Shown piece after piece: positions 40,306-50,012 of a stretch of DNA of 64,000 nucleotides (position 1 is its first letter; every line of letters begins with the position of its first letter). The notes under the pieces are model-generated. The model was not told the DNA's origin, made no database searches, and worked only from the letters and a program-made list of their open reading frames with translations. Both the position numbers and the translations under genes were made by a program. The stretch comes from a virus: IMG/VR virus record IMGVR_UViG_3300027798_006580; one strand, 5' to 3'.

Positions 40306-40926
40306 ATGAGTTTAGTTCCAATGGTTCTAGAGCGCACGGGTAATACAGAACGTGCCATGGATTTGTATAGTCGCTTAATGCGAGACCGAATCATCATGTT
40401 GGAAGGCGAAGTAGAAGATCAAATGGCTAACCTTATCGTGGGTCAGCTATTGTTCCTTGAAAGCGAAGATGCTGGTAAAGACATTACAATGTTTATCAAC
40501 AGTCCCGGCGGCAGTGTAACGGCTGGCTTGGCTATCTACGATACTATGCAGTTTATTAAACCAGATGTATCTACTTATGTCATGGGACAGGCAGCAAGCA
40601 TGGGTTCATTTCTAGCGCAGGCAGGTGCACCATGTAAGCGTTTTGTGCTACCAGAAAGTCGTACAATGATCCATCGTGTTAGTTCGGGCACACGTGGCAC
40701 CAGTGGATCTATTCACGTACAGGATCTACAGTTTGAAGATCAAAAACGTAGCTTTGAGGAAAGTGTGCGAATCAACAAAAGATTGACAGAATTGTATGTG
40801 CGTCACAATACCGCTGGCAAGACATATGACGAACTGTTTGCTACAATGAAGTTTGATACTTTCCTATCAGCAGAAGAAGCAGTGGCAAGCGGTTTGGCCG
40901 ACCAAGTAATTTACAAACGACCATGA
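40306..40926 (+). CDS. clpP: ATP-dependent Clp protease proteolytic subunit
   Basis: [24 protein letters not shown]; sigma70 promoter at 40251. Confidence 0.96.
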   Translation: MSLVPMVLERTGNTERAMDLYSRLMRDRIIMLEGEVEDQMANLIVGQLLFLESEDAGKDITMFINSPGGSVTAGLAIYDTMQFIKPDVSTYVMGQAASMGSFLAQAGAPCKRFVLPESRTMIHRVSSGTRGTSGSIHVQDLQFEDQKRSFEESVRINKRLTELYVRHNTAGKTYDELFATMKFDTFLSAEEAVASGLADQVIYKRP

Positions 40927-41243
40927 TGGACTTCTTCACTGATACAATCTTTTGGGTAGTTGTATTTTGGCTGGTTATAAAAATATGGCAAAAGTATCTT
41001 ACTGCTAAGAATATCATTTTAGAAGAAGAGATCAAAGGAATGGCTGATCAAATTAAAAATAATTTTATTCGCGTCGACATTGAAAAACATGATAATATGT
41101 TTTATTTGTACGAAAAAGATACCCGAGAATTTATTGCACAAGGCAGTAACTTTGAAGAAGTCAAGCAACGTTGTGAAGCTAGGTTCAAAGGCAAAGCAGT
41201 GGTTGCTGATGAAACTCAAATGAAAATGTTTGATTTTAAATAA
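40923..41243 (+). CDS. Membrane-anchored hypothetical protein
   Basis: N-terminal TM helix. Confidence 0.65.
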   Translation: MMDFFTDTIFWVVVFWLVIKIWQKYLTAKNIILEEEIKGMADQIKNNFIRVDIEKHDNMFYLYEKDTREFIAQGSNFEEVKQRCEARFKGKAVVADETQMKMFDFK

Positions 41244-41493
41244 TTTAAGTGTTGACAGCCCACTTGAATTAGTGTTATAATTAGGCTGTGTTTTTAATTT
41301 AATAGGATAGTAAAATGTCAAATATGACTTGGACAGTAACTTGTGGCAAATTCCGCAAAGTGTTTGAAGACTTCCAATCAGCAAAGGCCGAGGCAGAAAA
41401 GGAATCGTGGCTACAGGACCGTAGTGCGGAGATTAAAACTAACTTGGGTAAATCCAAGCGAGTTAAAGTTCGCAAGCCATACAGCTTTGCATA

Positions 41494-41718
41494 ATGGGAT
41501 TTAACGTGTCTTGGAGTGTTAGCAAAATTAAAGGTGACCTCCAGATGATGAGTCGTGAATGCTGTTATCCTGGAAATGACGGCTTCACACAATTTGAAAT
41601 TAAGAAGGACTTAATGGAAATTAAGTTTCTTCTTGAGGACCTAATTGAAAAGTCACCAAAGTTTTCCGGTGAAGAAGAATGGATGCATGAGCGTCTAATA
41701 AATAAACTTTCAAAATGA
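41494..41718 (+). CDS. Hypothetical protein
   Basis: ORF. Confidence 0.6.
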   Translation: MGFNVSWSVSKIKGDLQMMSRECCYPGNDGFTQFEIKKDLMEIKFLLEDLIEKSPKFSGEEEWMHERLINKLSK

Positions 41719-42563
41719 AAATCAAAGTTGTCTCTGATCTACACTTAGAGTTCAGTGACGTTAATATTCCCAATGATGAGAACTGTGATGTTCTCATCCT
41801 CAGCGGCGACATTATGACAGCCGAGGACCTGCACGACCATCCCGAGTCTAGTTATGGTATGTACAGTAATGTCAATTTGGATAACTTGGGTCGTAGACAA
41901 GCCGTGGCCAAGCGATTCCGTGATTTCCTAAAACGTTGCAGTTTTCAATTCCCGCATGTAGTTTATGTGGCAGGTAATCATGAATTCTATCACGGAAGAT
42001 GGGATGCCAGCTTGGATCATCTACGTGAAGAATGTGCTAAGTTCAACAATGTATATTTTCTAGAACGAGATATGAAAGTCATCGATGATGTGGTATTTGT
42101 CGGCGGCACTCTTTGGACAGATATGAACAAGCACGATCCGTTGACACTTCATGCTGTGCGTGATATGATGAACGACTTTAGAGTTATTAAAAAAGATAAA
42201 GCAGGCTTTACTAATTTAAAACCCGAAGACACTGTTGTTCGCCATACACAGACTTTGGGTTATATTAAACAGATTGTCACAGAACATAAGGACAAGAAGT
42301 GCGTGGTAGTTGGGCATCATAGTCCCAGTCATTTAAGCACTCATGAGATGTATAAAGACGAGTCTATTATGAATGGTGCTTATCATAGCAGATTAGAAGA
42401 GTTTATATTAGATCATCCGCAGATTGTAATATGGACACATGGACATACTCATTATTGTTTTGATTATGTTATAGGTGAGACTCGTGTTTTTTGCAATCCT
42501 AGAGGATATGAAGGACACGAGCCAGACAGTGGTTGGGACAAAACTAAGTTTATTAACATTTAA
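41715..42563 (+). CDS. Calcineurin-like metallophosphoesterase
   Basis: SDLHLE, GDI, GNHE, HGHTH, NPRGY. Confidence 0.9.
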   Translation: MKIKVVSDLHLEFSDVNIPNDENCDVLILSGDIMTAEDLHDHPESSYGMYSNVNLDNLGRRQAVAKRFRDFLKRCSFQFPHVVYVAGNHEFYHGRWDASLDHLREECAKFNNVYFLERDMKVIDDVVFVGGTLWTDMNKHDPLTLHAVRDMMNDFRVIKKDKAGFTNLKPEDTVVRHTQTLGYIKQIVTEHKDKKCVVVGHHSPSHLSTHEMYKDESIMNGAYHSRLEEFILDHPQIVIWTHGHTHYCFDYVIGETRVFCNPRGYEGHEPDSGWDKTKFINI

Positions 42564-42571
42564 GGACAAAT

Positions 42572-43087
42572 ATGATTACGCTAAAAGAATGGATGGAAGT
42601 GGTCGAGTATCGTGTTACTGAAGGCAGCAACTTTTGCTGGGATTGCTATGGAGCAGACTCTTACAGTCTAGACAGTTGGAGCGGTGAACAAGACGGGAAT
42701 AGCTTCACAGTCATCTTTGATACAAAGACACAAGTTGTCTACGAAGTTCAAAGTCATGATTATAGGGCTCAACGTGCTTATCGTTTAGTCAATCCTGATT
42801 TCAAATCAGAACGTGACACTGAAAGCACTGACCGAAACGTGGCATTGAACCAAGCATGGGACGATGTCAACTATGTTGATTTGGAAACAGATGATGATTG
42901 GATTCAAAAGGCCTTGGCCATTGTTGCAGGTGAGGACTATGATACTCGTGTTGTTATTCCTTTGGACTTGGAAGACGACTTGGTCTTTACTTTGATGAAA
43001 ATGGCACATGAGCGTGATTTGACATTCAACGAATTTGTGGAAGAAATTCTACGCGAGCAGTTGACCAAACTGGGTGCTAAACTTTAA
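42572..43087 (+). CDS. Hypothetical protein
   Basis: 171-aa ORF; possible ribbon-helix-helix-like C terminus. Confidence 0.7.
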   Translation: MITLKEWMEVVEYRVTEGSNFCWDCYGADSYSLDSWSGEQDGNSFTVIFDTKTQVVYEVQSHDYRAQRAYRLVNPDFKSERDTESTDRNVALNQAWDDVNYVDLETDDDWIQKALAIVAGEDYDTRVVIPLDLEDDLVFTLMKMAHERDLTFNEFVEEILREQLTKLGAKL

Positions 43088-43122
43088 TTGACATGAATTG
43101 ATTTTGGTGTTATACTTTACAT

Positions 43123-43482
43123 ATGAAAGTTAAAGTACAAAATCCGCAGTTTAATCGTCCTGGCATTTGGATGTTTGACCAACCCGAATTCTTCGAATAT
43201 GAAGGTGATGAGGTACAGGTCAAATGGCTAAATCCAGGACAGATTGCGTTGAGCACTGGCAATCCAGAATTCCCATTTAGAGTATTAAATAGGTCAACTA
43301 TTGTTTCAATAAATAATCAAACAATAGAACAAAAAGAATCTACGGTTAAAACTTTTACTGTCAAAGGCAGTAAAGGCGATACTTATACAGTAACAGTTAA
43401 TTCTGGTAAAAGTCATTGCACTTGCAGTGGATTTCAATTTAGAAAATCTTGTAAACATGTAAAGGAAGTTGATTATGCGTAA
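43123..43482 (+). CDS. SWIM zinc-finger protein
   Basis: CTC..F..CKH. Confidence 0.8.
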   Translation: MKVKVQNPQFNRPGIWMFDQPEFFEYEGDEVQVKWLNPGQIALSTGNPEFPFRVLNRSTIVSINNQTIEQKESTVKTFTVKGSKGDTYTVTVNSGKSHCTCSGFQFRKSCKHVKEVDYA

Positions 43483-43831
43483 AATAGTATATGGTACTTT
43501 AGTACTAATTGCCCTTTCGGGTTGTGCCACACATCAGCAAAGTAATGAATTAACTGGTGCAGTCGTCGGCGGAGTAATTGGTCGTCAGCTTGGTGGCACT
43601 GGCGGTGCCATTCTTGGCGCTGGTGTAGGAACAATAATTGGTGGCCAACAACCAACTCAGCGTGGCCAAACCGTGTATGTGGAGCGACAAGTCATTGTGC
43701 CAAATCGCAGTTATCAATGCCAACAATACGCAGACCGAGAACGTAATTGTTGGAACATGCAATACCGAGATACCCGTGCTATGTGCATAGAGGATGCTCG
43801 CCAGCACTATCAAAGTTGCATGACTAGATAA
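43475..43831 (+). CDS. Glycine-zipper 2TM lipoprotein
   Basis: Lipobox LSGC; GAVVGGVIG..GAILGAGVG. Confidence 0.8.
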   Translation: MRKIVYGTLVLIALSGCATHQQSNELTGAVVGGVIGRQLGGTGGAILGAGVGTIIGGQQPTQRGQTVYVERQVIVPNRSYQCQQYADRERNCWNMQYRDTRAMCIEDARQHYQSCMTR

Positions 43832-43832
43832 C

Positions 43833-44333
43833 CTATTCCAGGTTATATAATTTTTTAAGTTCGATCCAATCTAAAAACCAAGTAGCTTGAAAAATTCTTT
43901 TATCTTTTAATTGAAGTTCTTTGGCACCGTGTAGGCGCCAACCGGTTTTTCTATATCTCCAATCACTTAGATCACATGAAACATGATGTGATGTTTTATC
44001 ACTATTGTTTAGTTTGTTTTCGTGACACAATTTGACTTTGAATTCCATCAACGCATTCCAAACACCCATTTTCCTAAATTTAGGAACCGTATATGATAAT
44101 CTATGATAGATTTTCCATGTTTGATCATTGATGTTGAAATATTTAACTAAGGCACTACACCCTGCGAATTCATCGTTAATCTTGGCTATAAAATACCAAT
44201 GATTGGCATCTTCTTTTTCTATACCATTAGTGTAAAATGAAGTATCTAAAAATACATTGTCTTGCAACAATATATCTTCAAAAGTCTTAAGGAAATCGTA
44301 TGTAGTTTCTTGTATAAACAGTTTATTCATCAT
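43833..44333 (-). CDS. GNAT-like acetyltransferase
   Basis: YTVPKFRKMGV acetyl-CoA loop. Confidence 0.65.
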   Translation of the reverse strand: MMNKLFIQETTYDFLKTFEDILLQDNVFLDTSFYTNGIEKEDANHWYFIAKINDEFAGCSALVKYFNINDQTWKIYHRLSYTVPKFRKMGVWNALMEFKVKLCHENKLNNSDKTSHHVSCDLSDWRYRKTGWRLHGAKELQLKDKRIFQATWFLDWIELKKLYNLE

Positions 44334-44419
44334 ATTATTTATATACCTGCTTCGCCAACAAAATTGTCTATTTAATAGAAAAAGATAAATAATTAACAAA
44401 TAACTAAGGAGAAGTAGAT

Positions 44420-44713
44420 ATGGTTAAAGTAACTAAATCTTATACACGTCAGAGCACAAACACACCGTGGTTCAATAGCACCGCACAAGCAGAGACACAC
44501 TTCGCATACATGTCAACTAATCATAATCGTACGTCATCTTTTCAAGATAGTGCAAATGGATTGGTCAGAACATATACTATAATATACCCAGATTTTGAGG
44601 CATATGCAAGTTTTATCAGTGATGATACTATTCAAAACGGAATTTCGACAAGAAAGCTGTACAATTATAATAATAATATAACAGAGAGTTTTGCGGCTAA
44701 AGAAACAATTTAA
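44420..44713 (+). CDS. Small Thr/Ser/Tyr-rich protein
   Basis: TAAATA box and AAGGAG RBS. Confidence 0.7.
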   Translation: MVKVTKSYTRQSTNTPWFNSTAQAETHFAYMSTNHNRTSSFQDSANGLVRTYTIIYPDFEAYASFISDDTIQNGISTRKLYNYNNNITESFAAKETI

Positions 44714-44770
44714 TTGACATAAACTCCCTGTTATGCTATAATACTTGTATTGTAACAAAACGGGGGTTGT

Positions 44771-45442
44771 ATGGCATACTCAACTAGTAAAAAAGTATCT
44801 TTTCCCATTAGCCTTGCATGGTCGGCTATCTCTGCCGCCGATCGTATCAACGAAGGCCGATATATCAATCAAAATACTCACCCCTTTCCAGAAGGCGCCA
44901 AGTTTAACAAAGACTTGGCCATGAGCCTCTGCGAAAATCCCGGTGCCCTTACAGATGAAGATAAAGAGTTTGGTGAAAAACTTGCCAAGCATTTTTCAGG
45001 CCTACTGTTTAAAACTTTGTCAGGTCCGATTGCCAACGGCTTTATGGCCACCATTGCTAATATTGTTGCCATGGAGTCAGTGGGAAAATATGAAATCGCT
45101 TGCATGTCCTGTTTAGTGCAGACATATCGTAAGGACCTTGAGCGTGAAGTCAAGCAGGAAAAGAAACAAACATTCATGGCCACTTCAATGTTCGTTGGCA
45201 CAGAAGCCAGCAAGCACGAACTTGACGTAGAAATTATTGATACATTTTATAGCAAAAACTATAATATTTTTATCAATACTGCTACAGATGGAGTAAATAT
45301 ATTTAAGTTCTCCACAGCACATGGCAAGGATATTTTCCCTGCCAACGAAAAGATTCGTGTTAAAGGAAGTGTAAAGCGTCATGACGTTGACAAATACACT
45401 GGTGTCAAGGAAACTTGGTTAACCCGTGTCAAAAGGATCTAA
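44771..45442 (+). CDS. Conserved phage protein with OB-fold-like C terminus
   Basis: VKGSVKRH..ETWLTRVK. Confidence 0.65.
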   Translation: MAYSTSKKVSFPISLAWSAISAADRINEGRYINQNTHPFPEGAKFNKDLAMSLCENPGALTDEDKEFGEKLAKHFSGLLFKTLSGPIANGFMATIANIVAMESVGKYEIACMSCLVQTYRKDLEREVKQEKKQTFMATSMFVGTEASKHELDVEIIDTFYSKNYNIFINTATDGVNIFKFSTAHGKDIFPANEKIRVKGSVKRHDVDKYTGVKETWLTRVKRI

Positions 45443-45443
45443 A

Positions 45444-45641
45444 ATGGAAGTAAGCAGAATTTCTCAACAATCGATTGAGATATATAATCGTAATTTGGCT
45501 AAACAAGCAGACATTCGTCACACAGAGCGAGTGCTTGAAGAGCGCAGAGCTAAAGAAAATGCAACTATTGCAGAACAAAAACGCATGGAAATGAATTGTC
45601 GTATGAATCGCAATGGACAAAACGTAGATAAAATGGCATGA
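45444..45641 (+). CDS. Small hypothetical protein
   Basis: Ends GQNVDKMA. Confidence 0.6.
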   Translation: MEVSRISQQSIEIYNRNLAKQADIRHTERVLEERRAKENATIAEQKRMEMNCRMNRNGQNVDKMA

Positions 45642-45755
45642 TTAAATTTATTACAAATCGGGAAGGCAGTATCAACTATCCCTGGGAACCAGGCCTACTT
45701 GAATGGCTACACGAAAACTATCCCTATAGCGGTTACTATGTCAAGGAGATTGCGT

Positions 45756-46343
45756 ATGCCTAATTGGTGTTCTAATGTTGTTACACTTACGCACAGTGAT
45801 CGCACAATGATCAGTCGTGCAGTCAAGTCTGCTCAAAAAGATGCTTTATTTAATGAATTTGTTCCTGTGCCACAGGCATTGGCAGACACCACAGAAGGAT
45901 CATATGGTGATAAGTTAGAACACGCAAGACTAACTGCCCAGCGCGAAGGCAATGTCAAGACATATGGCTATGCAAGTTGGTATGATTTTGCCATAGGTGA
46001 ATGGGGTTGTAAGTGGGATATCAGCAATGGCGGCGATGACTACGAAATTAAAAAAGTCAATGCTGGTTATGCTGTTACTTTGAGTTTCGATACAGCATGG
46101 AGTCCTCCCATTAATTTTTATGACAAGTTAGTGGAACTTGAATTCGATGTAGAAGCAATGTACTATGAATCCGGCGAAAACTTTTGTGGCCAATATTTTG
46201 ATGGCAGCGAAGAAAACTACGACCTATCCAGTTTGACTAGTGCCCAAGTTAAAGAACAAGTACCAGAAGAACTTGACGACACCTTTGGTATCAGCGAACA
46301 ACTGGCTGAACAAGAAGCCGAAGAAGAGGAAGAAAATGATTGA
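45756..46343 (+). CDS. DUF1281/YubB ferredoxin-like domain protein
   Basis: MPNWCSN..WGCKWD..FDTAWSPP..YYESG. Confidence 0.8.
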   Translation: MPNWCSNVVTLTHSDRTMISRAVKSAQKDALFNEFVPVPQALADTTEGSYGDKLEHARLTAQREGNVKTYGYASWYDFAIGEWGCKWDISNGGDDYEIKKVNAGYAVTLSFDTAWSPPINFYDKLVELEFDVEAMYYESGENFCGQYFDGSEENYDLSSLTSAQVKEQVPEELDDTFGISEQLAEQEAEEEEEND

Positions 46344-46557
46344 TAAAGAACTAACATTGACTTGCATTGACAACGGAAAGAAAGTACAATGTCATGTATT
46401 AGCTTTTAAAGAACATGCATTCATGGATGTGGCAGTTAATACAGTTCGTATTAAATTGACTTACAATATGGGCACGTATGCTGGTAGCTTGGGTGGCTAC
46501 GAGTTTAGCATTAAAGAAAATCAACTGCCACAAACAGGCAAGGAGTATCGACGATGA
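46336..46557 (+). CDS. Hypothetical protein
   Basis: ORF in operon. Confidence 0.6.
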   Translation: MIDKELTLTCIDNGKKVQCHVLAFKEHAFMDVAVNTVRIKLTYNMGTYAGSLGGYEFSIKENQLPQTGKEYRR

Positions 46558-46778
46558 ACGAACGAATTAAAGAGTTGGCTGAACAGGCTAGTGTATCCTC
46601 TCTTTGGATGTCCGGTACAGATCAACAAGGAAATCCAATACTTGAAAAATTCGCCGAGTTGATTGTGCGGGAATGTGCAGAAATGGTAAGAATACAAAAT
46701 GAGCAATTTATGGAGAATGAATCTCATTATGGAGTTGTCTCGGCAGATGTGTTAAAACATTTTGGAGTAGAAGAATGA
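46554..46778 (+). CDS. EKFAELIVREC-family small protein
   Basis: Tandem paralog. Confidence 0.7.
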   Translation: MNERIKELAEQASVSSLWMSGTDQQGNPILEKFAELIVRECAEMVRIQNEQFMENESHYGVVSADVLKHFGVEE

Positions 46779-46869
46779 ACCAACGATTAAAACAACTTGC
46801 TGAACAGGCTAGTGTATCCTCTCTTTGGATGTCCGGTACAGATCAACAAGGAAATCCAATACTTGAAAA
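46578..46869 (+). repeat. Identical 71-bp direct repeat (46578-46648 and 46799-46869)
   Basis: GCTGAACAGGCTAGTGTATCC..CCAATACTTGAAAA twice. Confidence 0.9.
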
Positions 46870-46999
46870 GTTCGCCCAGTTGATTGTCAAGGAATGTGTT
46901 GCTATTGCTAATAGACAGTTTAGTGCGGCAACGGGATTGGATGACCGTGACTGTTTGACTGCTCAACAGATGAAACAACATTTTAGAGTTGAAGAATGA
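46775..46999 (+). CDS. EKFAELIVREC-family small protein
   Basis: Tandem paralog. Confidence 0.7.
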   Translation: MNQRLKQLAEQASVSSLWMSGTDQQGNPILEKFAQLIVKECVAIANRQFSAATGLDDRDCLTAQQMKQHFRVEE

Positions 47000-47394
47000 A
47001 AATCGGAACAAGTCTGGGCAAGTGTGTTAAAAGTATACTTGCCGGAGAAGTCAATGAAGAAGATGTATTGTTCGTTGTCAGCAATACAAACTGCCCTACT
47101 ATAGAAACATTAATGAATGTCATCGAACAATACTACTATGAACATCAAGGTAGTGGTAGAAGAGCTGCCTATGATATGAGCGCCTACAGCTTGGCCGATG
47201 CCTGTGCCGTTGCTCAACGTTTGTTTGAAAGCGGCAAGCTACATCAGCCTAGAGCAGTTGTCAAGGGCATGTATAGTAATGCTCATAGTTTGCAAGACAC
47301 TTGGTATGACATTGTACCTAGTCCTGTGTCAGATAATGAAAGTGTGCAGTCGGCGTGGAATCACTACACAATGATCAAAAGTCTTGCGGCATGA
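46996..47394 (+). CDS. Conserved phage hypothetical protein
   Basis: KIGTSLGKCVKSI..GKLHQPR. Confidence 0.7.
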   Translation: MKIGTSLGKCVKSILAGEVNEEDVLFVVSNTNCPTIETLMNVIEQYYYEHQGSGRRAAYDMSAYSLADACAVAQRLFESGKLHQPRAVVKGMYSNAHSLQDTWYDIVPSPVSDNESVQSAWNHYTMIKSLAA

Positions 47395-48005
47395 TTAACT
47401 TATTAGGTGAACTGCCCCAGCAACCAGTTATTGCTGTCAGCGGCGGTGTTGACAGCATGGCTGTGGCAGACTTTATTAGCCGTAGTAGAGAAATTAAATG
47501 TGCGTTCTTTCATCACGGCACACCGGCAAGTCAACTAGGATTTGAATTAGTATCGCAATATTGTGTGCATCGTAAATGGCCCTTGGCATTGGGACGTATT
47601 AGTAGCCCTAAAGTTAAGATAGAAAGCCTAGAAGAGTTTTATCGCAATCAACGCTATAGTTGGTTAGATACACTAGGCCAAGGTGTTATTACAGCACATC
47701 ATTTAGATGATTGTGTAGAAACTTATCTTTGGAGTATGATGCATGGAACTGCTAAAATAATTCCTTATCGTAGAAATAAAGTTGTTAGACCTTTTTTACT
47801 TACACCTAAAGAGGAACTAATTGACTGGGCTAATCGTAATCAAGTACCTTGGGTCAATGATGAAAGCAACAAGGATACAAAATTCATGCGTAATTATGTT
47901 CGTCATGAACTCGTGCCACATGCTGTTCATGTCAATCCTGGCTTGGCAAAAGTTGTAGCAAGGAAAGTAAAAGAAATTTATGAAAGCATTGACACAAATA
48001 TATAA
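47391..48005 (+). CDS. tilS: tRNA(Ile)-lysidine synthetase, catalytic domain only
   Basis: AVSGGVDSM, TAHHLDD, RPFL, DESN, RNYVR. Confidence 0.9.
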   Translation: MINLLGELPQQPVIAVSGGVDSMAVADFISRSREIKCAFFHHGTPASQLGFELVSQYCVHRKWPLALGRISSPKVKIESLEEFYRNQRYSWLDTLGQGVITAHHLDDCVETYLWSMMHGTAKIIPYRRNKVVRPFLLTPKEELIDWANRNQVPWVNDESNKDTKFMRNYVRHELVPHAVHVNPGLAKVVARKVKEIYESIDTNI

Positions 48006-48051
48006 ACCTGTTATAATTGCTACATAAATAAAAGTAGTATATAATTATTTA

Positions 48052-48128
48052 GGGACTCTAGCTCATTAGGTTAGAGCAGTGGACTCATAATCCATTGGTG
48101 CTGTGTTCGAATCACAGGAGTCCCACCA
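48052..48128 (+). tRNA. tRNA-Ile2(CAT), or Met
   Basis: Cloverleaf, loop CTCATAA, CCA; adjacent to tilS. Confidence 0.85.
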
Positions 48129-48134
48129 GAATTT

Positions 48135-48220
48135 GCGAGTATGGAGAAATTGGTAGACTCAAGAGACTTAAAATCTCTCGCTGTAATGGCATCCCGGTTC
48201 GACCCCGGGTACTCGCACCA
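48135..48220 (+). tRNA. tRNA-Leu(TAA)
   Basis: Long variable arm, loop CTTAAAA. Confidence 0.92.
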
Positions 48221-48227
48221 TAAACAA

Positions 48228-48302
48228 CCGGCCTTAGTATAATGGATAATACAGCGGTCTTCTACACCGTGAATATGGGTTCGATTCCTGTAGGCCGGAC
48301 CA
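48228..48302 (+). tRNA. tRNA-Arg(TCT)
   Basis: Loop CTTCTAC, CCA. Confidence 0.88.
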
Positions 48303-48352
48303 AACAAAACTTGTATCATGCAGATTCTTAATTTTAATCGCTAAATATCAAC

Positions 48353-49768
48353 ATGACTATAAAAGGAAATAATTTTAGCAACGAAAGTTTTTGTCCAGAA
48401 GTATATAATCAGATTCAGATTGATATGCAAGGCGATTTAAGAGTTTGCTGTTTGTCTTCTGACGGCGGCCTAACCAGAGAGGCCAACGGAACTCCAATGA
48501 ATGTAAAAACACATTCAATCATCACGGCAATGAACAGCGAAATACACAAACAACACAGGTTAGATTTAAGTAATAACATTAAACCTCAACGATGTAGTAA
48601 TTGCTATAATTGGGAAAATTACAGCAATGATACGAGTCGTCGTAAAAAGTTTATCAGATTATCTCAAAATAAACTTGACTATGTCAAAGCCGGTGAAGCA
48701 TTTGATGTAACAAACGATGATGGCTCCGTTGATGTCGACACTACTAAGTTAATTAATTTAGATATAAGATTTGGTAATCTGTGTAACCTCAAGTGCATTA
48801 TGTGTGATCCAGGAAATAGTAGTCTGTGGTATGAAGACTGGGATCTGCTGTCTAGAAAATTTTCAAAAACTGAAGCCAGCGGACGATCAGTTAAATTTCA
48901 ATTGGGTGGAATAGATCCAGTCACTGGAAATACTCAGTACTGGAAAGATAAAACTAAATTTTATTCTCTTGAAAAGAATCAGTTAGGCAAATTGAAATTG
49001 CAAAATGAAGAAAACTGGTGGGAAACTGAATCGTGGAAAAATCAGTTTAAAAAAATTGCGCCCCAGTTACAGCATATTTACTTTACAGGCGGAGAGCCCT
49101 TGCTGGTACCAGCAATGGAAGAACACTTAACTTATCTAATTGAAAACGATTTTGCTAAAAATATTATGCTGTGTTACGACACAAACTTGACAGTTGTCAA
49201 TTCAAACATAATTAACAAATGGAAATTTTTTAAAGAAGTTGAATTGAGGGTCAGCGTCGACGACACTGGTGACCGCTATAATGTGGTTCGAAATCCTGGA
49301 AATTTTGACAAGTTATATGATAACATAACTCGAATTCAAGAAGCCAACATAAAAATTAAATACATAAGCATAGTTTGTCACTTGGCCAATGTTTATGGTG
49401 TAATTCGCGTTGCAAAGTTAGCAAAACAGATAGGTGCTTCGATGTCATTGAGATTTGTAACTAGACCGGGATGGATGAATGTGTCGAATTTACCTAATTC
49501 TGCTAAAGAAGAAGTAATTTCAGTGCTTACTAAATTTTTAGAATCCGAAGAATGTGAATCTATCCGAGGATATGAAAATTTCGTTCAACAACAAATAAAG
49601 CATTTTCGTGACAACCCAACAACATCTACACCAAACACGGAATCAAATTTGGAAACTTTTGTGCAAGTAATGAATCTAATGGATCAGTCTAGAAATCTAA
49701 ACTGGAAACATACATTGTCTGATATTGCAGAACTTTTAAAGAAACATGTGCCGGGATTGGACATATAA
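48353..49768 (+). CDS. Twitch-domain radical SAM protein
   Basis: CNLKCIMC, TGGEP; paralog of 20799-22190. Confidence 0.9.
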   Translation: MTIKGNNFSNESFCPEVYNQIQIDMQGDLRVCCLSSDGGLTREANGTPMNVKTHSIITAMNSEIHKQHRLDLSNNIKPQRCSNCYNWENYSNDTSRRKKFIRLSQNKLDYVKAGEAFDVTNDDGSVDVDTTKLINLDIRFGNLCNLKCIMCDPGNSSLWYEDWDLLSRKFSKTEASGRSVKFQLGGIDPVTGNTQYWKDKTKFYSLEKNQLGKLKLQNEENWWETESWKNQFKKIAPQLQHIYFTGGEPLLVPAMEEHLTYLIENDFAKNIMLCYDTNLTVVNSNIINKWKFFKEVELRVSVDDTGDRYNVVRNPGNFDKLYDNITRIQEANIKIKYISIVCHLANVYGVIRVAKLAKQIGASMSLRFVTRPGWMNVSNLPNSAKEEVISVLTKFLESEECESIRGYENFVQQQIKHFRDNPTTSTPNTESNLETFVQVMNLMDQSRNLNWKHTLSDIAELLKKHVPGLDI

Positions 49769-49828
49769 AAGAAAAATATATTGACACAAAATTGTAAATA
49801 CAGTACAATAGACACAAGTTAAACAAAA

Positions 49829-49904
49829 GCCCTTATAGCTCAGCTGGTAGAGCAACTGATTTGTAATCAGTAGGTCCGGTGTTCGAATCATCGTGGGGGC
49901 ACCA
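49829..49904 (+). tRNA. tRNA-Thr(TGT)
   Basis: Loop TTTGTAA, CCA; promoter at 49781. Confidence 0.9.
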
Positions 49905-49934
49905 AAATTAGTTTTTATGTTTACTCAAAAGTAA

Positions 49935-49963
49935 TTGACATAAAAGATAAATAAATGTATAAT
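49935..49963 (+). promoter_or_regulatory. sigma70 promoter upstream of leader/attenuator
   Basis: TTGACA-17 nt-TATAAT. Confidence 0.85.
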
Positions 49964-50012
49964 ATACACATACGCTAAAGAAAGCGTTAAGAAAGAAATT
50001 TTAGGAAAAGAT

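Larger units (their letters stand above)
22238..44742 (+). repeat. Dispersed repeated early promoter (TAA)TTGACACAAATTG(G/A)TTTTGGT(G/A)(T/G)TATAAT; copies at 22238, 22467, 31015, 31272, 32214, 32491, 32808, 34311 (truncated), 36814, 37115, 37608, 38405, 43088, 44714
   Basis: Consensus -35/-10 with a largely conserved 17-nt spacer and often a shared ATACACATACAGCAACAAAA(C)AGGA leader. Confidence 0.88.

Noticed and set aside
46578-46869. Possible diversity-generating retroelement TR/VR pair
   Set aside because: Copies are identical with no adenine-specific changes, and no reverse transcriptase is in the window
48228-48302. Possible amber suppressor (CTA in the anticodon loop) and genome recoding
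   Set aside because: The 7-nt loop CTTCTAC centres on TCT, and conserved genes read intact in the standard code
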